A DNA stretch of 64,000 bases from Cyanophyceae cyanobacterium (GTDB lineage Bacteria; Cyanobacteriota; Cyanobacteriia; Cyanobacteriales; Laspinemataceae), in the NCBI GenBank assembly GCA_038321985.1, contig JBBQFN010000002.1, positions 64,001 to 128,000 on the forward strand. The letters run 5' to 3'. A model generated the notes under the pieces. That model had not been told where the DNA came from and did no database searches. It worked only from the letters and a program-made list of their open reading frames with translations. The position numbers and the translations under genes were made by a program. Below are positions 32,379 through 42,704 of the stretch, piece after piece. Numbering within the stretch: position 1 is the first letter of the stretch; the number at the start of each line of letters is the position of its first letter.

Positions 32379-32729
32379 ATGCCCCTGATTAAAGTTCAAA
32401 CCTCCGTATCCGCACCGGAGAAAGCTGAAATCCAGACCCTGCTCAAGGGACTTTCCTCTAGCTTGGCGAAGCATCTGGGTAAGCCCGAATCCTACGTCAT
32501 GACGGCGTTTAATGGCGATGTAGAGATGACATTTGCCGGCACCTTTGAGCCGGTATGTTACATCGAAGTCAAGAGTGTGGGTACGATCCGTCCGGAGCAA
32601 ACGCAATCGATGAGCAAAGATTTTTGCAATAAGATTCACCAGGCGATCGGGGTTCCTCCAAATCGGATCTATATCGAGTTTACCGATGCCGAGGGTTCGA
32701 TGTGGGGCTGGAACGGCTCCACATTTTAA
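32379..32729 (+). CDS. MIF/phenylpyruvate tautomerase family protein
   Basis: Pro at residue 2, GKPESYVM, RIYIEF, GWNGSTF. Confidence 0.92.
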   Translation: MPLIKVQTSVSAPEKAEIQTLLKGLSSSLAKHLGKPESYVMTAFNGDVEMTFAGTFEPVCYIEVKSVGTIRPEQTQSMSKDFCNKIHQAIGVPPNRIYIEFTDAEGSMWGWNGSTF

Positions 32730-32750
32730 TTTTTAGCTGGATTAAAGTCT

Positions 32751-32787
32751 GCCACCCCTTAGTTAATGGCTAGGGGGTGGCTTTTTT
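32751..32787 (+). terminator. Intrinsic terminator
   Basis: GCCACCCC...GGGGTGGC followed by T6. Confidence 0.85.
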
Positions 32788-32995
32788 GAAGGGGTGGGGG
32801 AGATAAAGAAGGCGATCGGCTCAAGCTCCCACAGGTTTGCCCCGTGGAAAAATAATTTCCGACTCTATAGTGTAAGGGGTCGAAAACGTTGTAAATCTTT
32901 ACAACTGAATAGCCTGTGATAGTATCGGGTTGGTATGCGAGGCCAGATCCCTGTCAAGCGGCTCTGACTAATGGTGGTGGAGGAGAAATCCAGGA

Positions 32996-34090
32996 GTGCA
33001 AAATAATTCCATGAAAGCTCGGCAATTAAATCATCATAACCTCAAAAGTCAACCGGAACCCTTGCGGATTGGGGTGATTGGCGTTGGCAGTATGGGACAA
33101 CATCATACCCGCGTTCTCAGTTTGCTTAAAGATATTGAATTAGTCGGTGTGGCTGATGTTAATGTAGAGCGCGGACTCGACATCGCCAGTAAATATCGAA
33201 TTCGTTTTTTTGAAGATTATCAGGACTTGCTGCCTCATGTGGATGCAGTCTGTATTGCCGTGCCGACGCGCCTGCATCATGCCGTCGGAATGACCTGCCT
33301 GCGATCGGGGGTTCATGTTTTAATTGAGAAACCGATCGCCGCCAGCATAGCCGAAGCTGAATCCCTGGTGAATGCCGCAGCTGAATCCGGATGTATCCTG
33401 CAAGTTGGTCATATTGAACGGTTTAATCCGGCATTTCAAGAACTGAGCAAAGTCCTCAAAACCGAACAAGTGCTGGCGATCGAAGCTCACCGCATGAGTC
33501 CCTACAGCGATCGCGCTAACGATGTCTCCGTCGTCTTAGATTTAATGATCCACGACATCGACCTCATTTTAGAATTAGCTGCCGCGCCCGTCGTGCGATT
33601 AACCGCTAGCGGGAGTCGCGCCGGACAGGATACATCAGATAGCAATTCTTATTTAGATTATGTAACAGCAACCTTGGGATTTGCCAATGGCGTGATCGCC
33701 ACCGTCACCGCCAGTAAAGTCACTCACCGAAAATTGCGGCGCATCGTCACTCATTGCAAAAATTCTCTAACTGAAGCCGATTTTCTCAACAATGAAATTT
33801 TAATCCACCGGAAAACAACCGCCAACTATATGACCGAATATGGTCAAGTTTTGTACCGGCAGGATGGTTTAATTGAAAAAGTTTATACCAGTAATATTGA
33901 ACCCTTACACGCGGAATTAGAACATTTTATCAATTGTGTCCGAGGTGGCAATCAACCCTCTGTCGGAGGAGAACAAGCCCTTAAAGCGCTGCGATTAGCC
34001 AGTTTAATCGAGCAGATGGCCCTCGATGGTCAAGTCTGGAATGTGAATAATTTAGAGTTCGTCAAACCCACGGGCGTCAGTTTTGGGTGA
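32996..34090 (+). CDS. Gfo/Idh/MocA family oxidoreductase
   Basis: GVIGVGSMG, HVLIEKPIA, GHIERFNP, DLMIHDID. Confidence 0.93.
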   Translation: MQNNSMKARQLNHHNLKSQPEPLRIGVIGVGSMGQHHTRVLSLLKDIELVGVADVNVERGLDIASKYRIRFFEDYQDLLPHVDAVCIAVPTRLHHAVGMTCLRSGVHVLIEKPIAASIAEAESLVNAAAESGCILQVGHIERFNPAFQELSKVLKTEQVLAIEAHRMSPYSDRANDVSVVLDLMIHDIDLILELAAAPVVRLTASGSRAGQDTSDSNSYLDYVTATLGFANGVIATVTASKVTHRKLRRIVTHCKNSLTEADFLNNEILIHRKTTANYMTEYGQVLYRQDGLIEKVYTSNIEPLHAELEHFINCVRGGNQPSVGGEQALKALRLASLIEQMALDGQVWNVNNLEFVKPTGVSFG

Positions 34091-34113
34091 GGGGAATAAA
34101 TCTAAATAAATTG

Positions 34114-34146
34114 TGTAGGGGCAATTTATGTACTGCCCCGCGTACA
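34114..34146. repeat. REP-like palindrome (degenerate)
   Basis: GTAGGGGCAATTTATGTACTGCCCC. Confidence 0.5.
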
Positions 34147-34358
34147 GTTTGAAAGATTCAGACCTGGGCAGAATTATTTAATTCATTTAGACTTTCTCTA
34201 TCTTTTCATTGTCCAGTTTTTAATTGATGAAGAAATAATCAGGTTGGATATTAGCCTATTAATCAGCGATCGCCAAGTTTCCACTATTTCCTCTGTTCAA
34301 TATTTGGGAACTCGTAACTCTAACAATGACAGTTCCTTTATTCACAACCAGGATTTTT

Positions 34359-34712
34359 CTATAAATCGTATCCCAATGTTACCAAAACGACGGCTTCTAA
34401 TTGGAGGATTTTTTCAGCACTAAGCTGCCCCAATTTCCGAAGTAACCGAGTTTTATCTAAGACTCACATTTGAAAACATAATGCGACTGAATCCTCGGCT
34501 AATCCGCCATCTCCTTGGGCGATCGCCAGACAAATTGGCAAGGCGGCACGACGTTGATTTGTTGTTAGGGGAATTGCCAGGGTTGTTGTGGAAAACTGAG
34601 AAACTATGTCATTTTGGAATATGATCACTGGGCGAATACCCGCTTGTTCAGAACCTTGAGTGGGATTGAGATTTGCTAACCAAACTTCTCCCCGTTTAAT
34701 TGGGTTGGTCAT
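34359..34712 (-). pseudogene. mazF: PemK/MazF toxin interrupted by an in-frame TGA at codon 83
   Basis: RGEVWLANLNPTQGSEQAGIRP; after the TGA (34464-34466) the frame continues VLDKTRLLRKLGQLSAEKILQLEAVVLVTLGYDL to TAG at 34359. Confidence 0.88.
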
Positions 34713-34945
34713 GGTTGATCTTCTGGAACCAACATTTCTGCATAATCTTCCATTCCTGTTTCTGCCAAAGTGCGGTCTTCTGCAGCAAACTCAGTGGCTA
34801 GGGAAGCAAGCTGTGTTGCGTTGAGGCTGACACGTTGGCGTTGAGATCGAAATTTGAGGAAGGCAATAAAATCAGCAACGGCACAAAGTTGTTCGTCAGT
34901 CAGGCGATCAATGTCTTGCTTGATTGTTTCGCTAGTGATTGTCAT
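34709..34945 (-). CDS. Putative antitoxin (DUF2281-like)
   Basis: DRLTDEQLCAVADFIAFLK; stop overlaps the toxin start (ATGA); acidic C-terminus. Confidence 0.75.
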   Translation of the reverse strand: MTITSETIKQDIDRLTDEQLCAVADFIAFLKFRSQRQRVSLNATQLASLATEFAAEDRTLAETGMEDYAEMLVPEDQP

Positions 34946-35053
34946 CAGCTTGAGGTAAAAGATTGACAAACGATAACTTAATTATAGAGGCTATCCCTCT
35001 GCTTGGATTAATTCTTTCAACAATGTAAAGCACTTCCCCACTACCCCAATGCC

Positions 35054-35986
35054 TTAAAATGAAATCATCGGGACAAGTTCATCCGTAATTCTCCGAGTGA
35101 CCAGTTCATTCCCCTTTGAATTTATATGAATATGGTCTCGATATAAACTTGCTGGATTTTCCACAGCATTAAAAGGTAATAAAAAATCCAAGTAGGTGAT
35201 TTGATGTTGCTGGGTAAACTCTCCCAGGCGCTGACGGGCTTTAATTTCATAGTCTCTCGGTCCTGGTTCTCTGAGTTCGCGTAATAAGGGGGTGATTGCT
35301 AATAGAAATTGACCTTGGTTTTCGGTGGCGATTTGCTGAATTTGATGAATGGCTTCTAAGTTAAACCCCACGCGATCGCCTTTTTCTTCCGGTAGGGTCG
35401 GCACTGTTGGCGCAGGTAACAGATATCGACTCACTATCTCTACCAGTGCCAAGGAGGGTTTTTTGTCGGGATAGTTGCGATCGCGTCCGACTTGTATAGA
35501 ACTTGGTTCGGTCCCAAACAAATCATCGGTATTGATCAGCAATACCACTGCCTTGGCACCAAAGGTCCCAAATTTCTCTAAATAGGCGCGTTCATTCCGG
35601 GGTCCCCAAGAGTTTGCTGAGGCATTAAGCACTTGGATTTCAGCGGCATTCCCTTGCAGGCGTTCCGTAAGTTGTTGCTGCATTAAGGCGGAGATGGTTT
35701 GCGTTTGATCCGTCCACCATCCGCCATTGGCAACGGAGTCTCCCAGTAGCAATATGCGCTGGGTGTCGGATGCTGAGGTTACTGCGTCACTCCGCATGGA
35801 ATATTGGTTAATCTCGATGCGATTGCCAAAGCGCCGCACTTTCTGATTGGGTGCTAAAAGATACCCGATTTTGTCATCGGGTATGTACAAAAGAGGTTTG
35901 CCAAACCCAAAGAACATTCTGAGTGCCACTTCTAAGGCAATTAACAGTCCAATAATTATCGCGATCGCAATCCATACTATTTTCAC
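35054..35986 (-). CDS. SGNH/GDSL hydrolase with N-terminal membrane anchor
   Basis: LLLGDSV, NTDD, DHIH. Confidence 0.88.
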   Translation of the reverse strand: MKIVWIAIAIIIGLLIALEVALRMFFGFGKPLLYIPDDKIGYLLAPNQKVRRFGNRIEINQYSMRSDAVTSASDTQRILLLGDSVANGGWWTDQTQTISALMQQQLTERLQGNAAEIQVLNASANSWGPRNERAYLEKFGTFGAKAVVLLINTDDLFGTEPSSIQVGRDRNYPDKKPSLALVEIVSRYLLPAPTVPTLPEEKGDRVGFNLEAIHQIQQIATENQGQFLLAITPLLRELREPGPRDYEIKARQRLGEFTQQHQITYLDFLLPFNAVENPASLYRDHIHINSKGNELVTRRITDELVPMISF

Positions 35987-36093
35987 TTATTTAACCTCAT
36001 CTCAACCCTAAACGCTCCTTCGTGTCACCCTATACTAAAATCGGGATTTAGGACTTAAAATCATTATAAGAATCCATAGGTAATTCTCTGCTG

Positions 36094-38010
36094 ATGAACT
36101 TTCCTCGTCTCCATCCAGACACGATTGAACAAGTCAAGCAACGTGCTGATATCGTGGATATCGTCTCTGAGCGCGTTGTGCTCAAAAAACAGGGTAAAGA
36201 TTTGGTGGGATTGTGTCCCTTTCATGATGAAGGGTCACCCAGTTTTACGGTGAGTCCCAGCAAGCAGATGTACTACTGTTTTGGGTGTCAAGCGGGAGGA
36301 AATTCGATTACGTTTTTGATGGAAATCGGCAAACATTCGTTTTCTGATGTGGTGTTGGATCTGGCGCGACGGTATCAGGTGTCGGTGCAAACTGTTGAAC
36401 CTGAACAGCGGGAAGAGTTACAGCGGCAGCTTTCTCTACGAGAAGAACTTTATGAGATTATGGCGATCGCAGTTCGTTTTTATGAACACGCTTTACATCA
36501 GCCTCAAGGCAGTGATGCACTGAATTATCTCACAGTTGACCGTCAATTGAGTCGGGAAACCATCCAACAGTTTCAATTGGGTTATGCACCGGCAGGATGG
36601 GAAAGTCTCTACAGCTATCTGGTGGAAGAAAAGGGATTTTCGGTGCAGTTAGTGGAAGAGGCAGGGTTGATTAAAGCGCGCAATACCGGGGGAGGATATT
36701 ATGATCGCTTCCGCGATCGCCTGATGATTCCGATTCATGATTCCCAGGGTCGGGCGATCGCCTTTGGTGGTAGGACTCTCAGCGATGAACAACCCAAGTA
36801 TCTTAATTCTCCGGAAACGCCGTTATTTGAAAAAGGCAAAACTTTGTATGCTTTGGATAAGGCTAAATCTGCGATCGCCAAAGAAGATAAAGCCGTGGTT
36901 GTTGAGGGATATTTTGATGTGATCGCCCTCCATTCTGCTGGAATTTCTAATGCAGTTGCCTCTCTGGGGACGGCATTAAGTTTGGATGCAGTTAAGCAAT
37001 TATTGCGTTATACGGACTCTAAACAAGTAATTTTGAATTTTGATGCCGATGCGGCGGGGACAACTGCTGCGGAACGGGCGATCGGAGAAATTGCCGAACT
37101 TGCTTATAAGGGACAAGTGCAACTTCGAGTTATCAATATTCCCGATGGCAAAGATGCGGATGATTTTCTCAAAACCACTGGTAGTCCCGAACCCTACCGG
37201 CAACTGATGGAGAATGCTCCGTTATGGCTAGATTGGCAGATTCAGCAGTTGTTATTGGGAAATGAACTAAACGAATCCGACTCTTATCAACGAGTCGCTC
37301 GCCAAATGGTGAATCTGCTCACGAAAATTCAAAATACCGATACCCGGATTTATTATGTGAATCGCTGTGCAGAAATCCTGAGTCAGGGAAATGGTAATTT
37401 AGTTTCATTACGAGCGCAAGACTTAATTAAACAACTAAACCGACGCCGACGCCAAGCGGCACGAAATGAGCCGGAGAGTGAATCGGAAGTGTTACCCGTT
37501 TCCTCCGATCGCGGTTTATTAGAAATTGCCGAAGCGGTGTTGTTGCGGCTTTATTTGCATTGTCCGGAACATCGAGGGGCGATCGCACAGGAGTTAGAGG
37601 AACGAGATTTAGATTTTAGTCTCTCTCATCATCGATTTTTGTGGCACCAAATTTTCCAGGTAGAAAGTCAAAATAAGAGTGGAGATTTACTTTCCCAAGT
37701 GCAAGAGCGATTTTTACAGAGCAATCGTGATTTAAAATCCGTCTCTGAGTTATTTCATTTAAATGAGAAGTCTCAGCGGGATTTATTCAAGGCTCCCTTG
37801 ATGATTCAAGGGGCGATCGCTTGTATTGAAAGAGTCCTCTGTGACAAGCGCTGTCGTCAAGCGTTACAACTCTGGACGGAAACCGATTTAACAGCAGATC
37901 CAGACCGTGCTCGCTATTATCAAGAGCAAATTTCTGATGAGAAAAAGCGCATTGAAGAATTGGACAAACACCGCCAAGTTAATTTAAATGATTGGTTATC
38001 AATGTATTAA
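36094..38010 (+). CDS. dnaG: DNA primase
   Basis: CPFH...CFGC zinc finger, FRDRLMIPI, KYLNSPET, EGYFDV, FDADAAG. Confidence 0.97.
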   Translation: MNFPRLHPDTIEQVKQRADIVDIVSERVVLKKQGKDLVGLCPFHDEGSPSFTVSPSKQMYYCFGCQAGGNSITFLMEIGKHSFSDVVLDLARRYQVSVQTVEPEQREELQRQLSLREELYEIMAIAVRFYEHALHQPQGSDALNYLTVDRQLSRETIQQFQLGYAPAGWESLYSYLVEEKGFSVQLVEEAGLIKARNTGGGYYDRFRDRLMIPIHDSQGRAIAFGGRTLSDEQPKYLNSPETPLFEKGKTLYALDKAKSAIAKEDKAVVVEGYFDVIALHSAGISNAVASLGTALSLDAVKQLLRYTDSKQVILNFDADAAGTTAAERAIGEIAELAYKGQVQLRVINIPDGKDADDFLKTTGSPEPYRQLMENAPLWLDWQIQQLLLGNELNESDSYQRVARQMVNLLTKIQNTDTRIYYVNRCAEILSQGNGNLVSLRAQDLIKQLNRRRRQAARNEPESESEVLPVSSDRGLLEIAEAVLLRLYLHCPEHRGAIAQELEERDLDFSLSHHRFLWHQIFQVESQNKSGDLLSQVQERFLQSNRDLKSVSELFHLNEKSQRDLFKAPLMIQGAIACIERVLCDKRCRQALQLWTETDLTADPDRARYYQEQISDEKKRIEELDKHRQVNLNDWLSMY

Positions 38011-38147
38011 AAATCCATTCATAGAACAAGTTTTTGGGAGAATTTACCGGGTTTGTACACCAAAATTTTTAGGCTACTTTCCATAATTTTTGGGCAGAAT
38101 CATGGTTTTGATATGCCTAACTTGATGAGTTATTGAGGGATTCTCAA

Positions 38148-38396
38148 TTACTTGATTGAGGACGGCCTTCTTATGTTGGGGTGCAGCCGCAAGCGCTGCG
38201 ACTTCTGCAATCAGGTCCTCAGAAACACCCCTCTCTCGGAGGGTTGCTAAAATATTCTCCGCAACGGCATCAAAATGTTCAGGTTTTAATCCCCATTCTT
38301 CCACTAACTCTCTATCTTTAAGACGCGTTGGTAGAATTTATCAACCCCTAATTCAACTCCTGCCTCTCCACAAAGTTTATCGAATAAACTTCTCAT
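38148..38396 (-). pseudogene. glbN: Cyanoglobin (group I truncated hemoglobin) pseudogene with an internal deletion and frameshift
   Basis: MRSLFDKLCGEAGVELGVDKFYQRVLK joined out of frame to RELVEEWGLKPEHFDAVAENILATLRERGVSEDLIAEVAALAAAPQHKKAVLNQ. Confidence 0.88.
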
Positions 38397-38452
38397 AATT
38401 GATTTTCCTTGAGTGCAAGTGGAGGAATCGGAATTGATGATTATGAAAACAA

Positions 38453-38483
38453 CAATCCTGCCAGAATGAGTCTGACAGGATTG
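38453..38483. terminator. Hairpin, possible terminator
   Basis: CAATCCTGCCAGA/TCTGACAGGATTG stem flanked by A- and T-rich runs. Confidence 0.5.
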
Positions 38484-38693
38484 CCTTTTATTTTGATTTA
38501 TTAAAAAGACCGATGAGGTCTGTGTTATTTCGATTTCCTATGTTTTTACTTTATCCGAATCGCTCTAGTCCGGACATCTATCTCTAGATAGAAGTTACCT
38601 TTCTCTGGTCTTAGACTCAGGGGGAATCAGCAAGAAGAAACCTTAACCCCCCAGTTGAAGATACGAATGGTTAACCCCTCAACTGAACCCGTT

Positions 38694-39245
38694 CTAATCG
38701 CAATACAGGGTCTCGCGAGTATTCCGTCCGGTGACAGGATTCGTGCCTGTAGCAAGCTGACAGAGGATTTCATTGGCATCATCGCGCAGGAAGACGTCGG
38801 TAAAATCTGCGCCTTCGATGTTGGCACCGTTAAATTTGGCACTAAAAGCAAAGGACCCTTCGAGAACGGCATTTTTGAGGTTTGCTTTGATAAAGCGTGC
38901 GGTATCTAAGGTAGTATTGCTGAGGTTTGCGCCTTCTAAATTGGCCTCTTCTAAATGAGCGGCAAATAAGCTGGCCCCTTGCAAATTGGCATGACTTAAG
39001 TTACTTTTGCGGAGATTGGCGTGGTTAAAGCTGGCTTGGGTGAGGTCGCGACCGGAAAAATCCGCACCGAGGAGGTTTTCTTTGTTATAGTTCTGGGCAA
39101 GGGCATCGGGAGGATAAGCGGTGGTGAGGGTGGCGACTGTCCCAACTGCTGAGATCCAAACCAGTACCGAAACAACCAGACTCATGACCCGAGTCCAACC
39201 CAAGTTACAAAACCAATTCTTCATACGTTCGTTTCGTCGCTCCAA
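38694..39245 (-). CDS. Pentapeptide-repeat protein with signal peptide (lumenal/periplasmic type)
   Basis: A(N/D)LxxA repeats; C-terminal LC..ATGTNPVTGRNTRETLYC. Confidence 0.9.
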   Translation of the reverse strand: MERRNERMKNWFCNLGWTRVMSLVVSVLVWISAVGTVATLTTAYPPDALAQNYNKENLLGADFSGRDLTQASFNHANLRKSNLSHANLQGASLFAAHLEEANLEGANLSNTTLDTARFIKANLKNAVLEGSFAFSAKFNGANIEGADFTDVFLRDDANEILCQLATGTNPVTGRNTRETLYCD

Positions 39246-39346
39246 AAGTGACTCCTACGCGATCGCAGGGGGGTTAATTTTTGCTAACTTAAAAATTCAA
39301 ACATCCGTTGTTATTTTACCAGTAAGGGTAACCCTGTAATTATCTG

Positions 39347-39931
39347 ATGTCTCCCTCTTCTCCGGGTTGGTTGAGTATCCCCGAAAATCAGCGTTCTAAC
39401 CCCGGCTGCCTAGGTGAAGCGTTGGTGGCTCAATGGTTGCTGGAGACAGGGTGGGAAATTTGGGCGCGGCGTTGGCGCAGTCGCGGGGGGGAAATTGATC
39501 TGATTGCTTGGCAGTCGCCTGATACATCACAAGGCGAACTTTTTGTCAAGGAAGGAATTTCCCCTGATTTTCCCAGGAGTGAGGGAGGTATGGTGGCCTT
39601 TGTGGAAGTTAAAACGCGATCGCCCGGGAGTTGGGATGCGGGGGGTCTTCTGGCAATTTCTCCAGCGAAGCAAAGCAAACTGATCCAAACTGCTGAGTTA
39701 TTTTTAGCGGCGCATCCAGAGGTAGCCGATTTTCCCTGTCGGTTTGATGTAGCCTTGGTCCACTATCAGCGCCAAAGGCGATTGTCCAGTCCGAGAGTTG
39801 CACTCAACGGCGATCGCCTCCTGGAACATTCATCAACCCCAAGCCCCCCCGTCTGTCTCGGTCAACCCCACCCCATTGGAGACTATTACTTTACCTTGCA
39901 TCATTATATTTGTGGAGCCTTCCACGGCTAA
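39347..39931 (+). CDS. YraN family endonuclease-like protein
   Basis: GEALVAQWL, GEIDLIA, FVEVKTR, CRFDV. Confidence 0.88.
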   Translation: MSPSSPGWLSIPENQRSNPGCLGEALVAQWLLETGWEIWARRWRSRGGEIDLIAWQSPDTSQGELFVKEGISPDFPRSEGGMVAFVEVKTRSPGSWDAGGLLAISPAKQSKLIQTAELFLAAHPEVADFPCRFDVALVHYQRQRRLSSPRVALNGDRLLEHSSTPSPPVCLGQPHPIGDYYFTLHHYICGAFHG

Positions 39932-39989
39932 CATGGGAACTCCCTTTTTTTTCTTGATAGCAATACTTCCCCAGAGGGGTTGGTCAGGG

Positions 39990-40379
39990 CTATGCTAAAG
40001 TTTCCGGACAATACCCCAACCCCTGCACAAATTGTTCGCGAAATTCTTCAATTTCACTCAAATCTGGATGACCGTGGGACACGACGGCAATCTGATAACG
40101 ACGCATCACCTCAATGGGAGACTGTCCGTTTTCCAAAGCCCATAGCGCCATTTGCAATCGGATACTGGGTTGGCCAGGGATTCCTAGTTCATTCATGAAG
40201 GCTCGAAAGTTCCCATCCTGCTGCGGTTTGAGGGGTTGGTCCATTTTCACCCGCACGATCCATCCGTCAATTTGATGAATCACACTCAGGAAGCGAACGG
40301 GCAGATCCGATCCGGTGTTGAGATATTCAGCAACTCTCAGGGTTAAACTGGCATTCGCCAGGTGATAGAGGTAATCCAT
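39990..40379 (-). CDS. Conserved cyanobacterial hypothetical protein
   Basis: MDYLYHLANASLTLRV...GLGYCPETLA. Confidence 0.78.
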   Translation of the reverse strand: MDYLYHLANASLTLRVAEYLNTGSDLPVRFLSVIHQIDGWIVRVKMDQPLKPQQDGNFRAFMNELGIPGQPSIRLQMALWALENGQSPIEVMRRYQIAVVSHGHPDLSEIEEFREQFVQGLGYCPETLA

Positions 40380-41054
40380 CTTCACCAATTTCCGTATTCT
40401 TGGACAATAATGACTCATCTGGTTTGTCCTTTGGGTTAGTTTCTTGTGTGTTAGCTAAGGAACCTCAATGTCCCCATCCCTAGCAAAACTTTGATAACTC
40501 TAGCCCTTAGATTCTGTAGCTCCCGAAAAAATGTAGCTACATTCGTTCAGGCTAGTGTAAGGAAAGGAATCCAGATGCTTTGGGTTCTAATCGAATTTAA
40601 AAGCGGAGCAACTGTGTAGGGAAGAATTTAAACTGCTTCGAGATGTGACTTTAGAGAAGGGAGGAGGTTGGTAAAATCTGGAGATTTTCCCCATCCTGTT
40701 GAGGGGGTGTTCTGCTTTTATCCAATTCCCCGATCTCCTTGTACTCCTTCGATTGTTTGCCTTACCGCCAAAGCTCCATTTCTATTGTGGCGATCGCCTG
40801 GTTTTTCTAACATGGGTAAAACCCCTCTGATGGTATGGGGATGTCTACCCAAGTTTTTACACTCACCCAGCGATCGCCTTCATTTTTGAAATTCATCCCG
40901 CTATTATAGGTATTTATATCTAATGTTATTTAATCTGTAGAGTCCCGTTTTATTTAATTTAGCCTGCTTTAAAAAATAAAACTTTAATCAGCTCAATTAT
41001 CCCTTATAATTCCCAATCTTAGCACAGATTCACCCGAATAAATCCCTTTTTGGG

Positions 41055-42251
41055 ATGACAAGTATGTTTTCTAACCCACCCGATCCTGAGACTCTAATCC
41101 CCGCTGAGACCGCCCCGGTTAATGCCCCCAAGGGCCAAACCCACGCCAACACTAGGAGCGATCGCACCCTCGGGGGATATGACTACGAACTGCCCTCAGA
41201 ACGAATTGCTCAAAATCCGGTCGTACCTCGGGATAATTCACGTTTGCTAGTCGTGGATTCCCCCACCACCCACCAGCATCGGCGGTTTCGGGACCTCCCC
41301 GAACTCTTAGAACCCGGAGACTTATTAATTCTCAACAATACTCGGGTGATGCCTGCGAGACTCCATGGTTATAAATCCACCGGCGCACCTGTTGAGGTGT
41401 TGTTGTTAGAAGAACAAGCGGATAACCAGTGGTTAGGATTAGTCAAACCAGGACGGCGCTTGAAACCAGGGGCCCAGATTCGGTTTCCTGCGCCCGAAAC
41501 TCCAGGGGGCGAACCTGGATCAAATTCCACCTTGCGGGCCCACGTTTTAGCCATCGATGAACCGACTGGGGGCAGAATCCTCCAATTTGAAGCCACACCT
41601 CAAACTCCCGTCCGGGAGTTACTGGAGACGTATGGACAGGTGCCCTTACCGCCCTACATTACGGAATCGGTGGCTTCACCGGACCAGTATCAAACCGTGT
41701 ACGCCCACCAGTCGGGATCCGCAGCGGCCCCCACTGCGGGGTTACACTTTACCGAAGAATTACTCGATCGCCTGAAATCAAAGGGGATAAATCAGGCATT
41801 TGTGACCTTGCACGTTGGAGTTGGAACTTTTCGCCCTGTAGAGATAGAGGACGTCACCCGGCATCAAATGCACGAAGAGTGGGTGCAAGTGTCCAGGGAA
41901 ACCGTGGAAAAAGTCCGCGAGACAAAAGCGCGGGGGGGTCGAGTGATTGCGGTGGGAACGACTGGAGTGCGATCGCTCGAAGGTGCAGCAGCCACGGGCG
42001 AATTGCAGCCGTTTTGTGGCAAAACTGATTTATTTATCTACCCGGGGTATCAGTGGCGGGTCGTGGATGGATTGATTACAAATTTTCACTTACCCAGATC
42101 AAGTTTGCTGATGCTGGTAAGTGCGTTAATTGGGCGCAGTCGCCTATTGGGATTGTATCGGGAGGCGATCGCCCAAGAGTATCGCTTCTATTCCTTTGGG
42201 GACGCGATGGTGATTTTACCCTCAGCGCGGACTGAAGCCTCGGCCCCCTGA
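41055..42251 (+). CDS. queA: S-adenosylmethionine:tRNA ribosyltransferase-isomerase
   Basis: [41 protein letters not shown]. Confidence 0.97.
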   Translation: MTSMFSNPPDPETLIPAETAPVNAPKGQTHANTRSDRTLGGYDYELPSERIAQNPVVPRDNSRLLVVDSPTTHQHRRFRDLPELLEPGDLLILNNTRVMPARLHGYKSTGAPVEVLLLEEQADNQWLGLVKPGRRLKPGAQIRFPAPETPGGEPGSNSTLRAHVLAIDEPTGGRILQFEATPQTPVRELLETYGQVPLPPYITESVASPDQYQTVYAHQSGSAAAPTAGLHFTEELLDRLKSKGINQAFVTLHVGVGTFRPVEIEDVTRHQMHEEWVQVSRETVEKVRETKARGGRVIAVGTTGVRSLEGAAATGELQPFCGKTDLFIYPGYQWRVVDGLITNFHLPRSSLLMLVSALIGRSRLLGLYREAIAQEYRFYSFGDAMVILPSARTEASAP

Positions 42252-42392
42252 AAAATTTATACCTAAAAGAGTCAGCCGTGAAAAATCAAGAATCAAACCC
42301 TTGACAATTTCAATGGTTTGTGCTGAATTTTTGCGGCTAACCGATTGCAAGACGCGATCGCCCGCGTCTTGACAACCCAGGAACCCCAACCT

Positions 42393-42572
42393 TTAGGATT
42401 CTTCGTCCTCGTCCTCTTCGTTAGAAGGATAGACAAAACCCGTAGAACGTCCGGTCAATACCGACTTGCCAAGGGACAGGGCTTTTTGAGCTTGCAAAGC
42501 TGCTTTGTTTTTCCAAGTCGCTTTGCGTTTATCACGCTTGGATTTCGAGGTTTTCTTCTTGGGAACCGCCAT
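42393..42572 (-). CDS. rpmF: 50S ribosomal protein L32 (59 aa; absent from the ORF track)
   Basis: Hand translation: [59 protein letters not shown]. Confidence 0.96.
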   Translation of the reverse strand: MAVPKKKTSKSKRDKRKATWKNKAALQAQKALSLGKSVLTGRSTGFVYPSNEEDEDEES

Positions 42573-42704
42573 AACCTGAATGACTCAAATTTTTGACAAC
42601 CTTTCCATTTTAAGCCATAATCTTGACTCTGCGATCGCAGCAAGAGTCGTTTCCTGCTTTAATCGATAGAAACTCACCCCCGAGGCGGTTTCCTGGGTGG
42701 CCCC

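Noticed and set aside
32379..32729. Eukaryote-like MIF cytokine homologue as a novelty
   Set aside because: MIF-like tautomerases are already known in cyanobacteria
32890..32902. GTAAATCTTTAC as an NtcA site
   Set aside because: The spacer is 6 nt, not the 8 nt required
38074..38304. 76-aa ORF as a functional small globin
   Set aside because: It is the 3' half of a deleted glbN, lacks the proximal heme ligand and reads past the original stop
40814..40824. GGG-N5-CCC motif (also near 26211-26226) as further HetR boxes
   Set aside because: The minimal pattern is too common by chance; the 26.2-kb one lies between convergent genes and may be a terminator hairpin
42345..42643. ORF-track ORFs 42345-42596 (+) and 42455-42643 (-)
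   Set aside because: Both overlap the real rpmF gene in other frames
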